Assembly: GCA_017619495.1 (NCBI GenBank)
Contig: JAFZSF010000012.1
Coordinates: forward strand, 1-59,252
Source: Clostridia bacterium
Lineage (GTDB): Bacteria > Bacillota > Clostridia > Christensenellales > UBA1242
DNA length: 59,252 bases
Direction: 5' to 3'
Shown here: positions 52,971-59,252 of the stretch, piece by piece
Layout of the letters: the number at the start of each line of letters is the position of its first letter
How positions within the stretch are numbered: position 1 is the stretch's first letter
The notes under the pieces: model-generated
What the model was told of the DNA's origin: nothing
What the model saw: only the letters and a program-made list of their open reading frames with translations
Databases searched by the model: none
Program-made: the position numbers and the translations under genes

Positions 52971-54219
52971 GGTAATGAGCTAAAGCCTTGATATCGTTTA
53001 ATACAAAATCAGTTTGTGTACCGGTACTCATATTTTTGACGCGTATGCGTCCGCTGTTGATTTCGTCCGCACCAACTACCGTTGTATATGGAATTTGCGT
53101 CGCTGCCGCGTATTCCAATGCTTTCCCGACTTTGGGTTTGGCAGTCCACAACATGGTAGGAATCCCCAGTGCGCGTAATTGATTAGCAAGCGCATGACAC
53201 TGCGGGGCGGTATCCATGGGAATTAAAAGTAACTTAATGGGATTGGTGATTGCTTGGGCGGAAAGCAGTGTACTAATTGGTTCCAAACCAAATGATAAAC
53301 CAACCGCCGGGTAAGCCACACCGGAACCAACAAAGTTGGTAATGATTTGGTCGTAGCGTCCTCCGCCTCCTAGGGAAGAAGTATAGCGACCTTGGGCGTC
53401 AAAGACTTCCCAGACTGCGCCAGTGTAAACATTTAAGCCACGGGCTAGTGCGGGTGTGAAAATGCAATATTGTGACAAACCAAGAGCGGTTAATTGTGAC
53501 CATAGGTCTTTAATTTCAGCAATCCCTTGGTTGTTAGGTAACATTGATTCCAAAGACGGTAAATCTAAGACTACGGCTTCTAATAACAGCGTGGACTTGT
53601 CGGCGGGTAAAAATTTGCTTAATTCGGTTAAAATTTCAGCGCGGGTAATTTTTTTGATTTTATCCAAAATACCAATAATGGCATCATGATTAGTAGTTAC
53701 GCCGAAGTGTTGTAATAAGCCGGTTAAAATTTGGCGGTGACCAATTTGAATTTGTGGTTTAATGCCTAGTTGTAGGTAGCAGGTAATCGCCAGTTCCAAT
53801 AATTCAACTTCAATGGCGCGGCTGCTGTCGCCCACAACATCGACATCACATTGAATGAATTCGCGCAAACGACCGGCTTTGACTGGACCATTGCGGAAAA
53901 CTTTACCAATTTCATAGCGTTTGAATGGCAACTTTAAACTGCGGTTTAAAGCGATGTATTTACAGAAGGGAACTGTTAAATCAAAGCGTAAGCCTAAATC
54001 GCGGGCACCTTGGTCGGATAAACAATAAATTTCTTTGACAATTTCGGCTTGTTCGCCGTATTTATAGGTCAATAAATCGCGATAGTTGAGCATAGCGGTA
54101 TCCAATGGTTGATAACCGTATAGTTCAAAGTTGCGGCGTAAGGTGTCCGTAATGTGATTGCGTAATGTCATGACAGCGGGGTCAAAATCCGTAACCCCTT
54201 TCAAATTGTGAATTACCAT
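52954..54219 (-). CDS. hisS: histidine--tRNA ligase
   Basis: Class II motifs, including the FRNGPVKAGRLREFIQCDVD region and GGGGRYD. The start overlaps the metG stop by 7 nt. Confidence 0.93.
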   Translation of the reverse strand: MVIHNLKGVTDFDPAVMTLRNHITDTLRRNFELYGYQPLDTAMLNYRDLLTYKYGEQAEIVKEIYCLSDQGARDLGLRFDLTVPFCKYIALNRSLKLPFKRYEIGKVFRNGPVKAGRLREFIQCDVDVVGDSSRAIEVELLELAITCYLQLGIKPQIQIGHRQILTGLLQHFGVTTNHDAIIGILDKIKKITRAEILTELSKFLPADKSTLLLEAVVLDLPSLESMLPNNQGIAEIKDLWSQLTALGLSQYCIFTPALARGLNVYTGAVWEVFDAQGRYTSSLGGGGRYDQIITNFVGSGVAYPAVGLSFGLEPISTLLSAQAITNPIKLLLIPMDTAPQCHALANQLRALGIPTMLWTAKPKVGKALEYAAATQIPYTTVVGADEINSGRIRVKNMSTGTQTDFVLNDIKALAHYLTTAN

Positions 54220-55796
54220 TTGCGTTCTTTTACCTCGTTGATATCAAGTTTTTTGTACAAGACACTGATTGTGTCGAGCGTTTTGTTGGCTAACCATTGT
54301 TCAACTTTGGCAGTACCAACTGGAATGAAATATTTTAACATAGCGGTCGCAGCGCGAATAATCGTGACACATTCGGCGATGATTTGTGGGTCAAGGGTTT
54401 TCCAGGGAGTGTGATCGCTGAACCATTTATTACCAAAAGCGACCAAGGACATGGCGCTGGCCAGGGCTTTACTGCACGCACCAGCTTCGACCAAAGTGTT
54501 AAATTCGGTTTGTGTGCGTTCAATCGTTTGCGTAATGGTTGGGTTAGGTTGCATAGCGGGAATTACGCCGTTAAATTTATTTTTAATAAAACTTAATGTG
54601 CGGTTAACTAAGTTACCGTAATTGTCAATTAATTCGCCGTTAACGGTGTAGACGAAATCTTCGAAAGAAAAGTTAGCGTCTTTTTTGTCGTTAGTATTGC
54701 GTAAGAAATAATAACGAATCATGTCGACATCAAAATTATCAATCAATTGGCGGGCACTGATATAGTTACCGGAAGATTTGGAAATCTTTTTGCCGTTCAT
54801 GTTTAAATATTCACTGCTGATAATATAGTCGGGTAAGTGCCAATGGTGCTTGTTTTCAGCTAACAATAAACCCGGTAAAATTACACTATGGAAGGGGATA
54901 TTGTCTTTGGCGTGGACATAGTAGTGGCGCTTGGTAGTTTTTTTATCGTCCAGTAAGAAATCTTCCCAGTCCGGTTTAATGGCCTTGGTTGCGGATAAAT
55001 AACCCAAGACATTTTCCGCCCAAATGTAAACGCGTTTGTCGGTGGTGTCGCCCAATAACTTGGCAGCGTTATCCGGCAAAGGGACACCCCAGGTGATATT
55101 GCGGGTAATGGCGCGGTCAACCAAACCTTCGTGTAAATATTTATTTGTCATGCCAACGGCGTTGTTGGTCCATTGATTTTGTTTGGTGTGCAAATTCTGT
55201 TCAATTGCGGATTGAAATTTACTTAAACGCAAATAAATTTGTTTAGTATCGCGTAATTCAGGAGTGGCACCGCATAACTTGCAACGCGGGTCTTTTAGGT
55301 CTTCGGGTTCCAAAATTTTACCGCAATGGTCGCAAGAATCGCCTTTGGCATGTTCGCCACAGTGTGGACAAGTGCCTTCAACATAGCGGTCGGGTAAATA
55401 TTGTTGACAATGGTTGCAATACAATTGTGGAACGGTTTTAACAAAAACATTGTCAGTGTTGTACATGTCAGCGTGAAATTGTGACGCAAAGGATTGGTGG
55501 GCTGGATTCATAGTGGCGGTGTAGTTATCAAAGGTAAACGCTAAATCGGTAAAATCGCGTTTATGGCTGGCAGAATATTTTTCTGCGATTTGATTTGGGG
55601 TTAAGCCTTCGGCTTTGGCGGTAACCAAAATTGGTGTGCCGAAACAGTCGCTACCACTGACAAAACTGACCGCAGCTCCGTGGTCACGGTAATAACGGGC
55701 CAAAACATCAGCGGGTAATGATGACGCGATGTGTCCCAAATGTAATTGGCCATTAGCATATGGCCAAGACAATCCAATTAGTACATTCATTTTCAT
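54213..55796 (-). CDS. metG: methionine--tRNA ligase (short form)
   Basis: PYANGQLHLGH, the zinc knuckles CPHCG/CDHCG, and KISKS. TGcTACAAT ends 7 nt before the ATG. Confidence 0.95.
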   Translation of the reverse strand: MKMNVLIGLSWPYANGQLHLGHIASSLPADVLARYYRDHGAAVSFVSGSDCFGTPILVTAKAEGLTPNQIAEKYSASHKRDFTDLAFTFDNYTATMNPAHQSFASQFHADMYNTDNVFVKTVPQLYCNHCQQYLPDRYVEGTCPHCGEHAKGDSCDHCGKILEPEDLKDPRCKLCGATPELRDTKQIYLRLSKFQSAIEQNLHTKQNQWTNNAVGMTNKYLHEGLVDRAITRNITWGVPLPDNAAKLLGDTTDKRVYIWAENVLGYLSATKAIKPDWEDFLLDDKKTTKRHYYVHAKDNIPFHSVILPGLLLAENKHHWHLPDYIISSEYLNMNGKKISKSSGNYISARQLIDNFDVDMIRYYFLRNTNDKKDANFSFEDFVYTVNGELIDNYGNLVNRTLSFIKNKFNGVIPAMQPNPTITQTIERTQTEFNTLVEAGACSKALASAMSLVAFGNKWFSDHTPWKTLDPQIIAECVTIIRAATAMLKYFIPVGTAKVEQWLANKTLDTISVLYKKLDINEVKERKW

Positions 55797-55913
55797 ATAG
55801 GGAATTGTAGCATAATTTTGGGCAAGTCACAATTATAATTAGTGATATAATTGACAAACCGGAGGTAAAATATTAAAATATGGCATAGAAATCATTAATG
55901 GAGGTAATTAATT

Positions 55914-56915
55914 ATGCCTAGTGGACATAGTGGTGGCAGTAGTAGCGGTGGACATTTTGGTGGGGGTGGTTTCTCCCATAGTGGTGGACATTTCAGTGGT
56001 AGCCATTCATCATCTTATAGTGGTGGACATTTCGGTGGTACTAGTACTAGTCGTGTTGGTGGTACTGGTCGTGCCGTTGGTTTTACTCCGCGTCCGCATC
56101 GTCCGTTTTATCAACCACGCGTAGTAGTGTTTGGTGGTCGCCAAGTTTATTTGGGAACCGGGCGTGCCAGTGCGGTTTCGGTTTTAGGTATCCTGATTGC
56201 AATTGCTGTGATCGTAACTATCTTTTTGGGAATTGGTTGGGCAAATAGCAATGACAATGATTACTTAGAATACGAGGCTGAAATTAATGCGATTAAAACT
56301 GATTATAATAAATACCAAGCCATGGCGAAATATGCTAGTGAAAATGTTGGCTATACGGTGCATGGTGATGTGCTTTATAAAGAAGAGTTTGAAAATTCGG
56401 GCAAGTATTGTATTAAATACACTTTTGATACGCTAGCGGGAAAAGTAGATAATGGTTTCTCGTTTTATGTTTACACACGCGAACAAGCGATCGAATTGGA
56501 AGAAAATGGCGTGGTCTTAGCTTTGGAAAAACCGTGGTTAAGCGCTAATAAATTTACCGATTCAGTGCCGTTGAATTATTATGGTACTGCTTTGGAAGAT
56601 GATGCAGAATATCTTTATTACTGTGACTTATATAATAAAGCCGTCGCCGAACAAGATGATTCTAAAAATTTCATGCGCGGAGCGTTCTTGACCAGTGTTG
56701 GTATTACCGTTGGTTTAATTGTACTATATGTGTTAGTGAACGCAACCGCGAAAAAGGCAACCGCTGAGCAAATCGCAGCCGACAAGCAAGGAACGACAAC
56801 CAGTGCGGATAATAAGACAATACCGACAGGGACTTGGCGTTGTGACTATTGCAGTACTTTGAATGATAATGCGAAAGAACGCTGTGACGGCTGTGGTGCC
56901 AAACGCCAGAAATAA
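55914..56915 (+). CDS. membrane protein with a Gly/Ser/His-repeat N-terminus and a C-terminal zinc-ribbon
   Basis: SD (atggagg), SGGHF(G/S)G repeats, one TM helix, and a C-terminal WRCDYCSTLNDNAKERCDGCGAKR (CxxC...CxxC). Confidence 0.6.
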   Translation: MPSGHSGGSSSGGHFGGGGFSHSGGHFSGSHSSSYSGGHFGGTSTSRVGGTGRAVGFTPRPHRPFYQPRVVVFGGRQVYLGTGRASAVSVLGILIAIAVIVTIFLGIGWANSNDNDYLEYEAEINAIKTDYNKYQAMAKYASENVGYTVHGDVLYKEEFENSGKYCIKYTFDTLAGKVDNGFSFYVYTREQAIELEENGVVLALEKPWLSANKFTDSVPLNYYGTALEDDAEYLYYCDLYNKAVAEQDDSKNFMRGAFLTSVGITVGLIVLYVLVNATAKKATAEQIAADKQGTTTSADNKTIPTGTWRCDYCSTLNDNAKERCDGCGAKRQK

Positions 56916-56953
56916 TTTGGTGAAAACAGGGTAATCTGCTAGGATAAAAAAAT

Positions 56954-57847
56954 ATGGCAACAGACATTGATCAGTGGTTGAAAAATAATACACACGATTT
57001 GCAAGGTAAAGTAGTAGTGATGACGGGGGCAACCGGGGGTTTGGGTCGTCATGTCGTGCGCGACTTGTTAAAGTGTAATGCTAAAATTATTATGTTAGAC
57101 CGTGATATGGCAACCATGAATGATTTTAGTAATCAATTGCGTAATGAATTTCCGCAAGCACAAATTGAAAATATTGTGATTGACCTGAATCAAATAAGAT
57201 CAGTTGATGCAGCAGTAGAGCAATTGATTGACCAAAATATTGACTTTTTAATTTTGAATGCTGGGGTTTATAAGGTGCCGGTGGTTAACAGTCAACTGGG
57301 ATACAATAATGTTTTCCAAATTAATTTTATCAGTCAATACTATTTGGTGCAGCAGTTATTACCAGCATTACAACGCACGAATGGTAAAGTGGTGGCAGTA
57401 ACCAGTCTGGCTTATAATTATGGTAAGTTGAACGAAGACGATATTGATTATAGTAAGCAGGCTAAACACGCGTCAAAAGTTTACGGTAATGCGAAACGCT
57501 TTTTAACATTGGCTTTGTCGGAATTCTTCCAAGACCGTGACGATGTGCGTCTGGCGTTAGTACACCCTGGGATTACTTTAACACCGTTAACCAATAGCAA
57601 GCATAATGGCTTGACCGCCTCGACGATGAAACTACTTTTCCCGCGACCGGAAAAGGCGGCGTTAAATATTATGCACGGTGTCTTTACTGATATTGCTTGT
57701 GATGAATGGATTGGTCCTAAGGTGGCAAAAATTTGGGGCGTACCAACGGTTAGTAAATTACCAGTGGCAACCGCCGAGGAACGCGCGAAAATTTATAATT
57801 TGGCGGAAAATATTTGTAAGTTGATTGAAAAATCCGCCATGTTCTAA
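56954..57847 (+). CDS. SDR family oxidoreductase
   Basis: TGATGGLG dinucleotide motif and the YGNAKR (YxxxK) catalytic motif. Confidence 0.85.
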   Translation: MATDIDQWLKNNTHDLQGKVVVMTGATGGLGRHVVRDLLKCNAKIIMLDRDMATMNDFSNQLRNEFPQAQIENIVIDLNQIRSVDAAVEQLIDQNIDFLILNAGVYKVPVVNSQLGYNNVFQINFISQYYLVQQLLPALQRTNGKVVAVTSLAYNYGKLNEDDIDYSKQAKHASKVYGNAKRFLTLALSEFFQDRDDVRLALVHPGITLTPLTNSKHNGLTASTMKLLFPRPEKAALNIMHGVFTDIACDEWIGPKVAKIWGVPTVSKLPVATAEERAKIYNLAENICKLIEKSAMF

Positions 57848-57966
57848 GTAAAGATTGATTTATCGTCTCATTTAATGTGAGGCGTTTTTTTGTTTGTGCT
57901 GGTGGCAATGGTTTGGTAAACTAATAATAGTTAGCTTAAATAAAATAAAAAAAGGAGATGGTATAT

Positions 57967-58725
57967 ATGTTTAATTTGAAAGGAAGAGTAGCGGTAATTT
58001 CGGGGGCGTCCAGCGGTTTAGGTCGTCAAATGGCAACGGCTTTTGCTAAGCAAGGTGCGGACTTGGTGATTTTGGCGCGCCGTTTAGAACGCTTGGAACA
58101 AGTCAAAAAGCAATTGGAAGACTACGGCGTTAAGGTTTTGCCGTTGCAATGTGATGTAACCAAAACTCAAGAAATTGACGATGCGGCAAAAATCGCGGAA
58201 AAGACTTTTGGTAAAGTTGATATTTTGGTAAACTGTGCGGGTTCGTCCAAAGATGCCGGTGTGTTAGCAATGGACGACGAGCAATGGAACTTTACCATTA
58301 GTACGGATTTAACTTCGGTTTTCAAAATGACGCGTGCGTTCGCGGCAATCATGATGAAACATGGTTATGGTCGCATTATTAATATTGCCTCAATGTATGG
58401 ATTGGTTGGTAATACAGAGATTCCAACGATTGCTTATCACTCGTCCAAAGGTGGGGTGGTAAACTTTACCCGCGCTACAGCGGCGGAGTTGGCACCGTTC
58501 GGTATTACTTGTAACTGTATTTGCCCCGGTTATTTCTATACTGAATTAACGACGGCGGTTTTGGATACGGAAAAATTCCAAGCATTTGCGAAATCACATG
58601 TACCAATGCAGCGTTATGGTAAGGAAGGTGAATTAAACGCTGGTGCGATTTTCTTGGCCAGTGATGAGGCTTCTTATGTTAACGGCGCCATCTTGCCAAT
58701 CGACGGCGGATATACTTGCATTTAA
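57967..58725 (+). CDS. SDR family oxidoreductase (FabG/gluconate-5-dehydrogenase-like)
   Basis: SGASSGLG, NCAG and YHSSKG motifs. The start is set at the ATG that is correctly spaced from the aaggag SD. Confidence 0.88.
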   Translation: MFNLKGRVAVISGASSGLGRQMATAFAKQGADLVILARRLERLEQVKKQLEDYGVKVLPLQCDVTKTQEIDDAAKIAEKTFGKVDILVNCAGSSKDAGVLAMDDEQWNFTISTDLTSVFKMTRAFAAIMMKHGYGRIINIASMYGLVGNTEIPTIAYHSSKGGVVNFTRATAAELAPFGITCNCICPGYFYTELTTAVLDTEKFQAFAKSHVPMQRYGKEGELNAGAIFLASDEASYVNGAILPIDGGYTCI

Positions 58726-58761
58726 GTCGAAAATCAAGCAAAAAAAAGTTTGAAAAAACCC

Positions 58762-58790
58762 TTGACAATGAATATTCACTGTGCTAGATT
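58762..58790 (+). promoter_or_regulatory. rRNA operon promoter
   Basis: TTGACA, a 17-nt spacer, then TAGATT, about 140 nt upstream of the 16S 5' end. Confidence 0.6.
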
Positions 58791-58822
58791 ATGGTTATCG
58801 CGTTCAGAAATGGGCGCGGTGG

Positions 58823-58837
58823 TGTTCATTGAAAACT
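58823..58837 (+). promoter_or_regulatory. boxA-like antitermination element in the rRNA leader
   Basis: TGTTCATTGAAAACT resembles the Firmicute rrn leader boxA (TGTTCTTTGAAAACT). Confidence 0.55.
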
Positions 58838-58930
58838 TAATACTTTGTACACATTTGTATAAGATTGTAGGTTTAATAAACACTATATCTTTGTCAATTT
58901 ATGTCAGTCAAGAACTGAGTTTATCAAATT

Positions 58931-59252
58931 TAATATTAGAGTTTGATTCTGGCTCAGGACGAACGCTGGCGGCGTGCTTAATACATGCAAGTCGAACGGA
59001 TATGTAGCAATACATATTAGTGGCGGACGGGTGAGTAACGCGTAACCAACCTGCCTTTTACAGGGGAATAACACTTGGAAACAGGTGCTAATACCGCATA
59101 TGACCACAACGCGGCATCGCGAAGGGGTAAAAGTTTTATCGGTAAAAGAGGGGGTTGCGTATCATTAGCTTGTTGGTGAGGTAACGGCCCACCAAGGCGA
59201 CGATGATTAACCGGCCTGAGAGGGTAAATGGTCACACTGGAACTGAGACACG
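58931..59252 (+). rRNA. rrs: 16S ribosomal RNA, 5' part (runs off the window)
   Basis: AGAGTTTGATTCTGGCTCAGGACGAACGCTGGCGGCGTGCTTAATACATGCAAGTCGAACGG at 58938 onward. The exact 5' end is estimated. Confidence 0.95.

Noticed and set aside
55880-55888. A two-codon mini-ORF (ATG GCA TAG) behind a strong GGAGG in the metG / 55914 intergenic region.
   Set aside because: It is too short to evaluate. The GGAGG may be fortuitous, and a second, correctly spaced SD serves the 55914 gene. There is no attenuator-like structure around it.
58750-59235. ORFs of 85, 67 and 72 aa at the right end of the window.
   Set aside because: They overlap the rRNA leader and the 16S rRNA gene (AGAGTTTGAT... from 58938) and are spurious.
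1-59252. A search by eye for CRISPR arrays, prophage modules, restriction-modification genes, and toxin-antitoxin pairs of known types.
   Set aside because: I saw no regularly spaced direct repeats, cas genes, integrases, terminases, methyltransferase motifs or recognisable TA pairs. Absence is based on inspection only, not on a computational scan.

Overview
This is a chromosomal segment of a low-GC Firmicute. Its gene content looks Clostridia-like and spore-former-like (yabP/yabQ, yunB, a DacB-type carboxypeptidase), and it ends in the 5' part of a 16S rRNA gene. I call about 60 protein genes. Housekeeping genes include eno, smc, ffh, rpsP, a KH protein, ung, dinB, folD, cysS, hisS, metG, acpP, a NifS-type desulfurase, a U32 peptidase, a YhaO/YhaN SbcCD-like pair, MscS and Gpx plus an OhrR-like MarR. 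There are also three BspA-type LRR surface proteins, many lineage-specific hypotheticals, and eight tRNA genes (Gln, Glu, Leu-CAG, Pro, Leu-UAG, Gly, Thr, Cys). I saw no CRISPR array and no recognisable transposase, integrase or phage gene. Six observations stand out. (1) A repeat family with ~26-nt imperfect inverted termini (TAGT...TTTTGAAACTAGCGG) brackets two AT-rich gene cassettes, each sitting inside a split terminator hairpin, and a third solo end is also present. (2) Both tRNA-Leu genes are 77 nt with a 5-nt variable loop instead of the long class II arm. (3) A G12 tract lies in the -35/-10 spacer of an LRR surface-protein gene. (4) Many genes have an extended -10 box 5-7 nt upstream of the ATG and no Shine-Dalgarno (SD) sequence, so they look leaderless. 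(5) The SMC has roughly half-length coiled-coil arms. (6) One protein is a divergent RelA/SpoT-like nucleotidyltransferase. All calls come from reading the sequence and the ORF translations; no searches or folding programs were run.
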